A stretch of 64,000 nt of DNA from Dehalococcoidia bacterium UBA5748 (lineage in GTDB: Bacteria; Chloroflexota; Dehalococcoidia; Dehalococcoidales; UBA5627): contig DIFM01000026.1 of the NCBI GenBank assembly GCA_002419135.1, positions 5,381-69,380 on the forward strand. Direction: 5' to 3'. The position numbers and the translations under genes were made by a program. The notes under the pieces were generated by a model. The model made no database searches. It was not told where the DNA came from and saw only the letters and a list, made by a program, of their open reading frames with translations. Positions 19,809 through 29,628 of the stretch are shown here, piece by piece (position 1 is the first letter of the stretch; every line of letters starts with the position of its first letter).

Positions 19809-19936
19809 CGGATTAAAATAGCGTACTTTCATTTCCTGTTAACAAGTGGCTGTGAAAATCAGGCTAATTCCCCCTATTTTGCTAACGGATGGCGAATAAT
19901 AAGGCAATACTATACAATAACAAAAATCATTCTTCA

Positions 19937-20132
19937 ACCCTCATCCGGCATCCCGAATTTTCGGTATGCCACCTTCCCCCGGGGGAAGGCGTTTTCGTGG
20001 GGAAGACCGGGAACATGAGTCCCGATTTATCGGGAAAGAGATTGTAGAGCGGGAATCATATTGATGATTTCGTCGCCGTTATGGTTCGACAGGCTCATCA
20101 CGAACGGCTAAAAAAAGCTCACCACGAACGGC
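19937..20132. repeat. intergenic repeat block
   Basis: Second copy of accctcatccg...ccaccttcccccgggggaaggc, a cccgatttatcggg hairpin, and a third copy of the 57-nt element (20076-20132). Confidence 0.8.
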
Positions 20133-20197
20133 TTTCGTGATTTTCTTTCCATAAACAATTGATTGGCCGCCTTCCTTCTGCTATGCTTTAGTCTGCA

Positions 20198-21478
20198 ATG
20201 ACACAGAAACAGGATAACCCGGGAATTACCCCCCGCTCTTTCGGCAAGTGGGATTATCTCAAAATCACCATACTGGTCTTTTCCACCACAGGCCTGTGGC
20301 AGTCGATGCACTCTCTCATCCTCCCCATCAGAATCCTCGATTTTGCCCCCGAAGCGGAAAAAAACACCTATCTCGGCTTAATGACCTTTGTCGGTCTGAT
20401 TATTGCCATGTTACTCCAGCCTGTCTTCGGAGCCATCAGCGACCGTTCGGGTTTCCGTATGGGAAAACGCCGACCCTTCATAATCATCGGCGCACTGTGT
20501 CTTTTACTGTTTTTGCCCGGTATCGGGCTTGCCGGCAGCTATGCGGTGATATTTGCCATCTACTGCGTGATGCAAATCTCCAGCAATGCCGTGCAGGGGG
20601 CGCACCAGGGCTTCATTCCCGACATGGTTCCCGAAGGTAAAAAAGGGCAGGCCTCCGGTATAAAGAGCTTTGTGGAGATGCTGGGCGGTGTTATCCTTAT
20701 CTACATCATCGGTAAATTGATGGATAACTACGCCGCCGGTGATGGAGACCAATGGCTATGGCTATCCCTTTTAATCCCGGGAATTATTTTATTTGTCTGT
20801 ATGCTGGTAACGGTCTTTACCGTGAAGGAGGACAGCGGAAATAAAAACTCCCCGTTTTCGATAAAAGATGTTATCCGCAACACCTTTAAAATCGATATCG
20901 GGATGAACCGCGGGTTTTTATGGTTTCTGGCTTCACGGCTGTTCTTTTTTGCCGGTCTGGGAATAATCCAGCAATTTTCATTGTATTTTTTAATGTACCT
21001 TGGGGTGCCCGACCCGGCATCCGCTGCGGCGAGATTCCTTATCCTGGCGGTAGTCGGTATGCTGATAGTCGTTTATCCGGCCGGTAGATTATCGGATAAA
21101 ATCGGTCGCAAACCGATTGCCATAACATCGGCTTTTATCGGGGCTTTCGGTGTACTTCTGATAATCTTAACCAAGGACTACAACATGATAATGGTCGCCG
21201 CCGGATTTATCGGGGTGGCGCTTGGAGGGTTTACCAGCACGAACTGGGCGATGGCTATCGATATGGTCCCTGCTGGTGAAGAAGCGCGCTATCTCGGAAT
21301 TGCCAATATGGCAACCGCCGGAGCGGGCGCGTTGGCACGCCTTATAGGTCCCGTTATCGACTTCTTTGAAAAACAGAGTTTGGGGCTTGGATACCAGGTA
21401 ATGCTGTTTACCTGCCTGGTCTTTTTTATAGTTGGCGGATTGATTCTGCTGCGTATTAAGGAGAAGATTACCCGATAA
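20198..21478 (+). CDS. MFS transporter
   Basis: 426 aa with about 12 TM helices and loop motifs SDRSGFRMGKRRPF and GRLSDKIGRKP. Confidence 0.88.
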   Translation: MTQKQDNPGITPRSFGKWDYLKITILVFSTTGLWQSMHSLILPIRILDFAPEAEKNTYLGLMTFVGLIIAMLLQPVFGAISDRSGFRMGKRRPFIIIGALCLLLFLPGIGLAGSYAVIFAIYCVMQISSNAVQGAHQGFIPDMVPEGKKGQASGIKSFVEMLGGVILIYIIGKLMDNYAAGDGDQWLWLSLLIPGIILFVCMLVTVFTVKEDSGNKNSPFSIKDVIRNTFKIDIGMNRGFLWFLASRLFFFAGLGIIQQFSLYFLMYLGVPDPASAAARFLILAVVGMLIVVYPAGRLSDKIGRKPIAITSAFIGAFGVLLIILTKDYNMIMVAAGFIGVALGGFTSTNWAMAIDMVPAGEEARYLGIANMATAGAGALARLIGPVIDFFEKQSLGLGYQVMLFTCLVFFIVGGLILLRIKEKITR

Positions 21479-22079
21479 AGTTGAGTAATGCTTCCCATCC
21501 CAGCGCACCGGTCCAGGCTACTGCCGTATAAAGAACGGTTCGCCCCAACCAGCAGGCGATGAAGAATTTCCACACCGGATAGCGTAGTGCCCCGGCTATA
21601 CAACCTACAACGTCGAATGCAAACGGAAAAACCGAGAGTAAAAAGATAGCGGGAGCTCCGTATTTGCGCAGCCACGCTTCCAGTTTAAGATACCAGCGAT
21701 TGTTTTTTGTGGTAACCAGGGCTTGCCCGCTATAGCCTGCCAGATAACCCGTAAGCTCTCCTATGGCGGCTCCGATACCGCCCGCCAGTCCTACCAGTGT
21801 AGCCGAAGGTAAAGCGGCGCCGAGAGCCGCTATCACCACGAAATTACCGACCGGCAGTACGACGGATGCGTTTAATATGACGCTTATAATAAACGAACCG
21901 AGGTAACCGTACCCCTTCAGTCCCTCTATCATATCGGGGTTATAATTATATGCCACAAAAATGCCCACCACTATTGCCACGATAAAAACGAGCATCGATA
22001 TGGGTAGAAGCCTTGTTTTGACCCAGGAAGGCTTGCACTGCGGAGGGGTTTCCTGCGATTCTTTGTCGGTATCGTTCAT
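21468..22079 (-). CDS. DedA/YqaA-like (VTT domain) membrane protein
   Basis: 203 aa polytopic protein with GYLGSFIISVILNASVVLPV and YGAPAIFLLSVFPFAFDVVG motifs. Its 3' end overlaps the MFS gene by 11 nt. Confidence 0.8.
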   Translation of the reverse strand: MNDTDKESQETPPQCKPSWVKTRLLPISMLVFIVAIVVGIFVAYNYNPDMIEGLKGYGYLGSFIISVILNASVVLPVGNFVVIAALGAALPSATLVGLAGGIGAAIGELTGYLAGYSGQALVTTKNNRWYLKLEAWLRKYGAPAIFLLSVFPFAFDVVGCIAGALRYPVWKFFIACWLGRTVLYTAVAWTGALGWEALLNFIG

Positions 22080-22374
22080 ATTGTTTGATATTCTATCATA
22101 ATGGGAATAAGATATTAAAAAGTACCTTATTCAATTGCTGTTGTCAATTATCGAATAGTTTAGGATACTCATTTTAACAGCCGTTGTCGTTTAATGGGTT
22201 TGCTACCGTCGATTGACAACTATGTTACATTTGTGTATTATTAGCTGGAATATAAATATGCTGTAAGCCAATGATATCCGATCTTTACGCCTCGTTCATC
22301 ATCACCATTCATAAAGGGTTAGATTATGCTTTGGCAATTCGTTACAGTTATTAAACTAAGGGGGTTTTAAAAAC

Positions 22375-22662
22375 ATGATAAAACCGGGTCCATTGGAAAT
22401 AGGGCTAGTTCTGGTAATCATTCTTATTGTTTTCGGTGTAGGAAAACTTCCGCAGGTAGGCGCCGCACTGGGTAAGAGTATCAACGCTTTCAAGAAGGGT
22501 ACAAAAGGCGAAGACGAAGAGGAACAGGCAGCGCAAGCTAAAACAAAGAAAAAGGCTAAGAAGAAAAAGGCTACAAATAAGAAAGCCTCTCAGGCGACTG
22601 AGGGCGCATCAGAAGGGGAAACTAAACCTGCAGCAGAAGAAACTCCTGCCAAGCAGGCATAG
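22375..22662 (+). CDS. tatA: twin-arginine translocase subunit TatA/E
   Basis: 95 aa. TM helix followed by FGVGKLPQVGAALGKSINAFKKG and a Lys/Glu-rich tail. Confidence 0.88.
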   Translation: MIKPGPLEIGLVLVIILIVFGVGKLPQVGAALGKSINAFKKGTKGEDEEEQAAQAKTKKKAKKKKATNKKASQATEGASEGETKPAAEETPAKQA

Positions 22663-22848
22663 CAGTTTTTTCCGGGAGCGACAGATATTTGTTGTCCTGA
22701 GCTGAATTCATTATTCCGGTAAGAATAGTTGTAAAATGTATCCCCTTCCGTTAGGTTTGCAGGAAGGGGATATTTTCAAGGGGTGATTAATCGGCTGCGT
22801 TCCCGCTTTGAGTATTTGATATCATAAAGTAACGGAGGTGAAGTACCG

Positions 22849-23001
22849 TTGCCGTTTAAAATCGGTCCTTTCGAAATAATAATCGTATTACTGGTTATCT
22901 TTATCATCTTCGGGGCTGGGAAATTGCCCCAACTCTTCGAAACGTTCGGTCAATGGAAACGTGATTTTAAAAAAAATAAACAGGCGATGTTGAAGAGTTA
23001 G
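22849..23001 (+). CDS. second TatA-like ORF (short, possibly frameshifted)
   Basis: Not in the ORF track (50 aa). GGAGGTG lies upstream of a TTG start. Product LPFKIGPFEIIIVLLVIFIIFGAGKLPQLFETFGQWKRDFKK; a TatA-like charged tail continues in another frame to 23054. Confidence 0.5.
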   Translation: MPFKIGPFEIIIVLLVIFIIFGAGKLPQLFETFGQWKRDFKKNKQAMLKS

Positions 23002-23205
23002 AGGAAACATCAACAAAGAAAGCAAGAAAGAAATCCAAAAAAAGCCGGGCATGATTATCAATCCACTTGCGACAATACGACCATCGGCAGCCGGCGCCGG
23101 CGTTTGCGTTCCTTTAGCGATGTTTATGTTGTGTCGGCAGGTTTTATTCCATTTAGATAAAACTCCATTTCCAATAAAAATCGAAGCTAAAAATGAGATA
23201 GAATA

Positions 23206-23892
23206 ATGGGTTTAGACCTTGGTTTTTTTGAAATACTGGTAATACTGGTAGTTACTCTTCTCGTGGTTGGTCCCGAGAAGCTGCCCGAGTATGCGCGCAA
23301 GTTCGGCAAGATAGTGCGCGACCTCAGGAAAATGACCAAAAATTTTACCGGAGAAGTGACCAGGTCGCTCGACCTGGAAGATGATTTCGATGATTTAAAG
23401 AACACCGCTCAGGGGCTTAAGGGTTCACTCGATGAAGAATCTTTGAAAATCAAGAATGCTCTCGATATGGAAGCGGAAGAAATCGCTAAAACAATAGATG
23501 ATGAAGTCAGCGGTGTCAAAAAGATAATGGATGACGGAACAGCTGAAATTGCGAATATGCTGGAAAAGGAATCACGTGAATTCGATACCACAGCCCGTGA
23601 GATAAAAAACCCGCTGGCGAGAGAAGCTCAGGAGGTGAGTTCTACGCTGAACGAGAGCGTTGATAAAATAAATAAATCCTTAAATATAGAAAATGCCTCT
23701 CCGGCTATCCCGTCTAAAAAAACTAAAAAGACGGGTGAAGAAAAGAAGGAGGCTAAAAAGACCCCCGACATTCCCGAAGACCGTTTCAATCCTTTTGATA
23801 GCAGACAGGCGCAGACTAATTTAACACCACCGGCTAATGCTGATACTACAGCCGCTGACAAAAAAACAGATACTGAGGAAACAGAGCAATAA
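23206..23892 (+). CDS. tatB: TatB-like twin-arginine translocase subunit
   Basis: 228 aa. N-terminus GFFEILVILVVTLLVVGPEKLPEYARKFGKIVRDLRK, then a long acidic/Lys-rich tail. Confidence 0.8.
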   Translation: MGLDLGFFEILVILVVTLLVVGPEKLPEYARKFGKIVRDLRKMTKNFTGEVTRSLDLEDDFDDLKNTAQGLKGSLDEESLKIKNALDMEAEEIAKTIDDEVSGVKKIMDDGTAEIANMLEKESREFDTTAREIKNPLAREAQEVSSTLNESVDKINKSLNIENASPAIPSKKTKKTGEEKKEAKKTPDIPEDRFNPFDSRQAQTNLTPPANADTTAADKKTDTEETEQ

Positions 23893-23893
23893 A

Positions 23894-24667
23894 GTGGTAA
23901 CTACAGAAATAAGACGAGACCCGATTACAGGCAAGAGGATGCCCATTAAAGGGCACCTGGTGGAATTGCGTGACCGTATCGCCAAGTCTGTTATAGCTAT
24001 GGTTATTACCACGGCCATATCGTTCATTTTTGCCAAAACCATGATACTGATTTTAAAAGCCCCTGCTAAAGGCATTGATTTTCAGGCCATCACTCCGACC
24101 GAAAACATAGCCGTGTATTTTAAGGTTGCGCTTGCCGGCGGTTTTATTATCGCTATGCCGTTTCTGGTTTACCAGGCGATTGCATTTATTGCTCCGGGGC
24201 TTACCTCTAAAGAGAGAAAAAACATATTACAACTTTTGCCTTTTGTAACCCTGTTATTCGCTACGGGGGTCGCGTTCTCATATTTTGTCGCCCTGCCGCC
24301 TGCTATGGCATTCCTGGGTGGTTTTCTTTCCGATGTTGCCGAAAATGTCTGGAGACTTACCGAATATATAAGTGTCGTTACACGTATGATTATCTATGTC
24401 GGTTTGGTGTTTGAAACTCCGCTTATTATCATGATACTGGCGCGAATGGGGTTGGTAACTCCGCAATGGCTGGCTGGTAAGCGTAAACTGTGGATTATTC
24501 TGGCATTTGTAATATCGGCTCTTATTACGCCCACTATGGATCCCATTAACCAGTCGATTATTGCTCTTCCGCTGATTATTTTACTCGAGTTGAGCATTAT
24601 CCTCTCCAGATTCGTCTATAAAAAGCGGGCAGTAAAACAATCTGAAGAAGCCGCTGAAAATATATAG
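23894..24667 (+). CDS. tatC: twin-arginine translocase subunit TatC
   Basis: HLVELRDRIAKSV followed by six TM helices. I chose the GTG 2 nt after the tatB stop; alternative ATG at 23939 (MPIKGHLVELR). Confidence 0.9.
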   Translation: MVTTEIRRDPITGKRMPIKGHLVELRDRIAKSVIAMVITTAISFIFAKTMILILKAPAKGIDFQAITPTENIAVYFKVALAGGFIIAMPFLVYQAIAFIAPGLTSKERKNILQLLPFVTLLFATGVAFSYFVALPPAMAFLGGFLSDVAENVWRLTEYISVVTRMIIYVGLVFETPLIIMILARMGLVTPQWLAGKRKLWIILAFVISALITPTMDPINQSIIALPLIILLELSIILSRFVYKKRAVKQSEEAAENI

Positions 24668-24765
24668 AGCCAATATTTGGATATCCCGTTATTCGGTAGT
24701 ATAATATTAATATAATTTTATTTAGCAGTTTTCGATGATATTTCGATAAACACAGAGGTTAGCAG

Positions 24766-25008
24766 ATGGTCAGTCAGTATTGTCTTTGTTTTTCTTGCGG
24801 ACGGGAAAAGGAATTCAGTCCCAACGAACCGGCCAGCGATGTGCTCGAAGGGTGGTTGATTGTGTCCGCTTTCAATGGTAACGGCTCTATTGTCAGATAT
24901 AATTTTTGTTCTTATGAGTGTCTTCAGGAATGGGTTGTTTCCCAGTCTTCGATGAGTCCCGAAATATTTATGAATTCTATAAACGAAGAGACCGGGAACA
25001 ATAACTAA
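24766..25008 (+). CDS. small Cys-containing hypothetical protein
   Basis: 80-aa ORF with CLCFSCG...CSYEC (possible zinc site). No family recognised. Confidence 0.45.
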   Translation: MVSQYCLCFSCGREKEFSPNEPASDVLEGWLIVSAFNGNGSIVRYNFCSYECLQEWVVSQSSMSPEIFMNSINEETGNNN

Positions 25009-25126
25009 TTTCAGGCAGGTCTGTACTCCGGCGGTTCAAGTCGCTTGTTACAAAAGACCTGCCATTCTCATTAAAAATAACGATATCGCTTTTTAATTAA
25101 TAATATCTGTAAGGAGAAATTGTAAG

Positions 25127-26191
25127 ATGAGCGAAATCCCCGAAATCGGTAAAATATCGGCTGATATCTTCAGCGAAATCATCTTCCCCAGGTTGGGAGC
25201 TAAGAACAAAGATGTTCTGGTCGGACCTATGCACGGGGTAGATGTCGGTATTTGTGAAATCGGGAACAAGGCGGTATCTTTTACCACCGACCCGGTATTT
25301 ATCGTGCCGGAATACGGATGGGAACGCGCAGCCTGGTTTGCCATCAACATACTGGCTTCGGATTCGGTAACCTGCGGTTTGCCTCCGCGCTACCTTTCGA
25401 TAGATATGAACCTCCCGATGTCGATGACCAAGCAGCAGATGGATATTACATGGAGAGTGATTCACTCGGAATGCGAGAGAATGGGTATCAATATCATTAC
25501 CGGTCACACCGGCCGTTATGAAAACTGCAACTACCCGATGGTTGGCGGCGGAACGGTAATCGGTGTCGGTGAGCTTACCGAGTATGTTACCCCCCGTTTC
25601 ATTACCGCCGGAGATAAAATCATTGTTACCAAAGGTCCCGCAATAGAGGCAACGGGTATCTTTGCCGCCATGCTGCCGCGCCTGCTGGAGGAAGAATTCG
25701 GCAAGGAATTCAGCATACGGGCGCAGGATATTTTTTATAAAATGTCGGTGGTGGATGACGCAATGGCTGCGGTAGGTGTCGGCGTCAGAGAGAACGGCGT
25801 TACTGCTATGCACGATGCTACCGAATGCGGTATCTGGGGAGGCCTTTACGAAGTGGCAGAGGCGGCCGGGCTGGGTGTAAGGGTAGAACAGGAAAAAATC
25901 GTTGCTACCGATTGTGTGCTGGATATCTGTCGTTTCTTCGATATAGACCCGTACGCGTCCATAAGTGAGGGCACTCTGATTATTGCCTGCAAGCCGCATA
26001 AAGCCGAAGAGGTAGTGAATTCTTTATCGCGTAAGGGTATAATTTCATCCGTAATCGGTGAGTTTACCGAAAAAGAAAGCGGTATGGTTCTTATAAAAGA
26101 AGGCAGAGAAACAGAATTGAAGCATCCCATTGTCGACCCGTTCTGGAATGCTTTTTACAGGGCGCTGGAAAAATATAAATCTTACCTTTAA
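25127..26191 (+). CDS. AIR synthase-related (PurM/HypE/ThiL superfamily) protein
   Basis: 354 aa with a GVDVG...TTDP N-domain and a GHTG...GG C-domain pattern. The specific function cannot be assigned. Confidence 0.8.
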   Translation: MSEIPEIGKISADIFSEIIFPRLGAKNKDVLVGPMHGVDVGICEIGNKAVSFTTDPVFIVPEYGWERAAWFAINILASDSVTCGLPPRYLSIDMNLPMSMTKQQMDITWRVIHSECERMGINIITGHTGRYENCNYPMVGGGTVIGVGELTEYVTPRFITAGDKIIVTKGPAIEATGIFAAMLPRLLEEEFGKEFSIRAQDIFYKMSVVDDAMAAVGVGVRENGVTAMHDATECGIWGGLYEVAEAAGLGVRVEQEKIVATDCVLDICRFFDIDPYASISEGTLIIACKPHKAEEVVNSLSRKGIISSVIGEFTEKESGMVLIKEGRETELKHPIVDPFWNAFYRALEKYKSYL

Positions 26192-26214
26192 GTCTGGAAG
26201 CAGAGGTTTATAAG

Positions 26215-27132
26215 TTGGAAAACGGACAAAAAGAGCTTGCACGGAGAATAGTTAAATTAAAAAAGGAAAGGAATGCCGTCATACTGGCGCATAATTATCA
26301 GCCCGCGGAAATCCAGGATCTGGCTGATTTTGTCGGCGATTCGCTGGAGCTTTCACAGAAAGCCGCGTTGACAGATGCCGATGTCATTGTCTTTTGCGGC
26401 GTTCATTTTATGGCGGAAACCGCTTACATACTCTCTCCCGATAAAAAAGTGCTGCTTCCCGAAGCCTCGGCGGGTTGCCCTATGGCGGATATGGTCACCG
26501 CCGAAAAACTGCTTGCGAAGAAAAAGGAACTGCCCGATGCGGCAGTGGTTACATATATCAATTCCACCGCAGCGGTAAAAGCCGAATCCGATATCTGCTG
26601 CACCTCGGCAAATGCGCCCAAAGTGGTTGCCAGTCTGCCCGACCGGGAAATTCTATTTGTTCCCGATATGTATCTGGGACAATATGTGGCATCACAGGTT
26701 CCGGATAAAAAGTATACTTTTTGGCCCGGTTTCTGCCCGGTCCACGAGGGGATAAAAGCCGATTCCGTCATGAGATTAAAAAATCAATATCCTCTGGCAA
26801 AAGTCGTAGTACATCCGGAGTGCCGTCCCGAGGTAATCGCGCTTGCCGACGAGGTCTTGAGCACCAGCGGAATGTGTCGCTATGCTGCCCGCCCGGATGT
26901 AAATCAGATGATTGTGGTTACCGAAATCGGTATTATTCATCGCATGCAGAAAGAGAATCCACAGAAACAGTTCATTCCGGTTTCTGAAAATGCAATATGT
27001 CACACTATGAAATCAATCACACTTGAAAAAGTGCTTCATTCTTTGGAAACCCTAACTCCTGAGGTAACAGTGCCCGAAGAAATCAGGCTAAAAGCTATCG
27101 GTGCAGTCAACAGAATGCTTGGCATTGTTTGA
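26215..27132 (+). CDS. nadA: quinolinate synthase
   Basis: 305 aa with a TTG start. Motifs [21 protein letters not shown] and VVHPEC. Confidence 0.92.
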   Translation: MENGQKELARRIVKLKKERNAVILAHNYQPAEIQDLADFVGDSLELSQKAALTDADVIVFCGVHFMAETAYILSPDKKVLLPEASAGCPMADMVTAEKLLAKKKELPDAAVVTYINSTAAVKAESDICCTSANAPKVVASLPDREILFVPDMYLGQYVASQVPDKKYTFWPGFCPVHEGIKADSVMRLKNQYPLAKVVVHPECRPEVIALADEVLSTSGMCRYAARPDVNQMIVVTEIGIIHRMQKENPQKQFIPVSENAICHTMKSITLEKVLHSLETLTPEVTVPEEIRLKAIGAVNRMLGIV

Positions 27133-27152
27133 TAGCTTGAAGGGAGGTTGCG

Positions 27153-27476
27153 ATGCCAAACTCCGAATACATAGTTATCTTCGTTACTACCGAAGCCGGC
27201 GAGGAATCCGCTCTTATCTCAAAGGTTTTGCTTGAACAGAGAAAAGCCGCCTGTGTCAGTATAGTCAAAGATGTTGATTCGATGTACTGGTGGAATGATA
27301 AGATTGATTCGGCAAGCGAGAACCTGCTGGTTATAAAAACCAGAGCCGCACTGTTAGAGGAAATTATTCAAATCGTTAAAGAGATTCACACCAACGATGT
27401 GCCAGAAATAATTGCACTTCCTATTATCGGCGGTAATCAGGACTATCTGGACTGGGTTGGTAAAGAAACGTTGTGA
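27153..27476 (+). CDS. cutA: divalent-cation tolerance protein CutA
   Basis: 107 aa. AACVSIV...YWW...E..L.IKT pattern and HTNDVPEIIALPI. Confidence 0.88.
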   Translation: MPNSEYIVIFVTTEAGEESALISKVLLEQRKAACVSIVKDVDSMYWWNDKIDSASENLLVIKTRAALLEEIIQIVKEIHTNDVPEIIALPIIGGNQDYLDWVGKETL

Positions 27477-27492
27477 GAGTATAATCTAGTAA

Positions 27493-28203
27493 ATGTGTAA
27501 GCGTATTGCAGAGGACATAAGGACGGTTTTTAAGGGAGACCCGGCAGCAAGAAGCGTGCTTGAGGTTTTAACATGTTATCCAGGCTTGCATGCTGTTTGG
27601 GCACACCGCATATCCCATTTTTTATGGAATCATCATATGCGCTATCTTGCCCGGCTGTTGTCACACTGGACGCGCTTCTTCACTGCTATCGAAATACATC
27701 CGGGGGCTACCCTCGGTCGCCGTTTCTTTATCGACCACGGCTCGGGTGTAGTGATCGGTGAAACGGCGGAAATCGGAGAAGACGTACTAATTTATCAGGG
27801 AGTTGTACTTGGAGGCACCAGCCTCAACAAAGGTAAACGCCATCCGACCATCGGTAATAAAGTAGTCATCGGAACCGGAGCGGTGGTCTTGGGCGCAATT
27901 ACTGTCGGCGAGGGGGCGAAAATAGGCTCCGGCTCGGTTGTAATTAAACCGGTTCCCCCCGGAGCAACCGTAGTGGGCATCCCCGGCAGGGTGGTAGATG
28001 AACACCATAAACCGCTTTTAGACCTGGAACACGGCAATCTGCCCGACCCGGTTGCTGATGTAATCAGGCTGGTGTTGAACGAACAAGCAAAGCTGGAGGA
28101 ACGACTCAATAAAGTGGAAACCAGCTCCGGTATAGAAGTCCCTCACGACGAATTAAAACAAAAAATAAGGGAAGTTATCAGGGAGTTCGAACAGGAAGGA
28201 TAA
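27493..28203 (+). CDS. cysE: serine O-acetyltransferase
   Basis: 236 aa. [34 protein letters not shown] and hexapeptide repeats. Confidence 0.9.
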   Translation: MCKRIAEDIRTVFKGDPAARSVLEVLTCYPGLHAVWAHRISHFLWNHHMRYLARLLSHWTRFFTAIEIHPGATLGRRFFIDHGSGVVIGETAEIGEDVLIYQGVVLGGTSLNKGKRHPTIGNKVVIGTGAVVLGAITVGEGAKIGSGSVVIKPVPPGATVVGIPGRVVDEHHKPLLDLEHGNLPDPVADVIRLVLNEQAKLEERLNKVETSSGIEVPHDELKQKIREVIREFEQEG

Positions 28204-28204
28204 A

Positions 28205-28435
28205 ATGGCTACTGTTAAGAAAAGAATAATATTCATAATTCCGGAGGAAATGCTGTTGGAGCCTATTCTTTACACTATTACTCAGCAATACGACTTAAAA
28301 GTAAGTATCTACAACTCCGATATCAGTGGAAACGAAGGCGTGATGAGGCTGGAGCTCGAGGGAGAAGAGAAACAAATCGAAGAAGGGCTTACCTGGGCGA
28401 TGTCAAGAGGCATCCGTGTCGAAGCCGTCGGTTAA
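28205..28435 (+). CDS. stand-alone NIL-domain (ferredoxin-fold, MetN C-terminal-like) protein
   Basis: 76 aa. EPILYTITQQYDLKVSIYNSDISGNEGVMRLELEG pattern. The start is 1 nt after the cysE stop. Confidence 0.65.
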   Translation: MATVKKRIIFIIPEEMLLEPILYTITQQYDLKVSIYNSDISGNEGVMRLELEGEEKQIEEGLTWAMSRGIRVEAVG

Positions 28436-28525
28436 AAACTTTTAAATTATGATAAAAATCACTTTAAACGGGTTTCTTTCTTGTTTATAATTGATATGTA
28501 AATAAAAAACGGGGGGGACAATGTT

Positions 28526-28789
28526 ATGAGCGTAGAAAAGCATTTTACTGCGCAGGAAGCCAAAGAAATAGGTGAAGAACTGGGAATCGATTGGACAAAA
28601 TTCGATGTTGAGCAGTTCAGGATGGGGCTGGATGTAGAGTTGGAGCATGGTCTGGTGGACCCGCAAACCAATGTTACCGATGACGACCCCATTTTAACGG
28701 GGAAAATCACGCTTGCCCATTTAAATGAATTCTCCGATTATTACACACGCCTTTATGAGATGGAAGAAGAAGCCGAAAGCGAGTTGTAG
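28526..28789 (+). CDS. small conserved hypothetical protein (DUF5661-like by memory)
   Basis: 87 aa. F..G..VELEHG...TNVTDDD....KI.LAHL.E..DYY..L..ME pattern. The family name is recalled, not searched. Confidence 0.55.
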   Translation: MSVEKHFTAQEAKEIGEELGIDWTKFDVEQFRMGLDVELEHGLVDPQTNVTDDDPILTGKITLAHLNEFSDYYTRLYEMEEEAESEL

Positions 28790-28810
28790 GAGGGGTGTCT
28801 AAATCTCCCC

Positions 28811-29335
28811 TCACACCTTCCGGGCTATAATTCCGGCAACCGCTTTTCGATTGTCGATTATTCCTTCATAATAGCGCAGGCAGCGGAAATCGCGAAACAT
28901 CTCTAAAAGTTCATTGTATTCGAGTAAAAAATCCTTATTCGAGGGTTTCCCGAACCTTGCCTGGTCTATGGTGTAAGTTTGATATACTACCATACCGCCT
29001 GCTTTCAAACCCTCCTTTATTCGAGGCATCAACGGGCGGTGCAGGTAGTTGAAACAGATAATAACATCATAGGCGTTTTTCCCTATTCCATAATTACCTG
29101 ATTCGATATCGGCAACATAAGCATTTATATTTGCGCCAACCGATTTTGCTCTTTCCAAAGCAGTCTTAACCGCTTCTTCGGAAACATCTATCCCTTCTGC
29201 ATCGAAACCCACCTTTGCCAGATAGATTGTATTACGTCCGTTTCCCATAGCGATATCCAGCGCCCTGCCCTTTGGCAGCAAGCTGATATTCTCAACCAGA
29301 AACGGAGATGCTTCGGACTCGTCATATGAATGCAT
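28811..29335 (-). CDS. class I SAM-dependent methyltransferase (TehB/TPMT-like)
   Basis: 174 aa. SAM motif I is ALDIAMGNGRN, with an acidic loop GIDVSEEAV. Confidence 0.85.
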   Translation of the reverse strand: MHSYDESEASPFLVENISLLPKGRALDIAMGNGRNTIYLAKVGFDAEGIDVSEEAVKTALERAKSVGANINAYVADIESGNYGIGKNAYDVIICFNYLHRPLMPRIKEGLKAGGMVVYQTYTIDQARFGKPSNKDFLLEYNELLEMFRDFRCLRYYEGIIDNRKAVAGIIARKV

Positions 29336-29598
29336 TAATATTCCAATTCCCTCCGGCTGAGCTCGAAGACCACCGGGTTATCCGGGTCCGGACAGGCAAC
29401 CGTTGTTTTGGAGGGGTCTTTTTCCCAGGGCAAACTGCCGCCGAACTGCAGTACCTCGGCAAAAGGGAAAAGGGTATAAAACGCCCATGAACACATACAG
29501 TTGGGAGTACTCTGCCCGATGACGAATTCATCCCCTACCCTGTGCCCGGCTTCACAGGTACCTTTTTGCGAGATTATTTTTGCTACTATCGTATGCAT
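29335..29598 (-). CDS. TIGR04076-like small Cys-rich protein
   Basis: 87 aa. GTCEAGHRVGDEF......CSWAF..LFP....L.FGG..PWE pattern. Its stop overlaps the methyltransferase start. Confidence 0.7.
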   Translation of the reverse strand: MHTIVAKIISQKGTCEAGHRVGDEFVIGQSTPNCMCSWAFYTLFPFAEVLQFGGSLPWEKDPSKTTVACPDPDNPVVFELSRRELEY

Positions 29599-29628
29599 TT
29601 TTAACCTCCTCGCGGTAAATATAATTTG

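Noticed and set aside
22969-22980. A8 run in the second tatA-like ORF as a programmed slippage site
   Set aside because: In the frame that encodes the TatA-like tail, a TAA (22977-22979) lies at the end of the A-run. Slippage on the run therefore cannot join the frames; any joining indel must lie downstream (22980-22998).
25097-25999. 300-aa ORF antisense to the AIR synthase-related gene
   Set aside because: Same situation. The plus-strand frame has PurM-superfamily motifs, while the antisense translation is Arg/His/Gly-rich noise.
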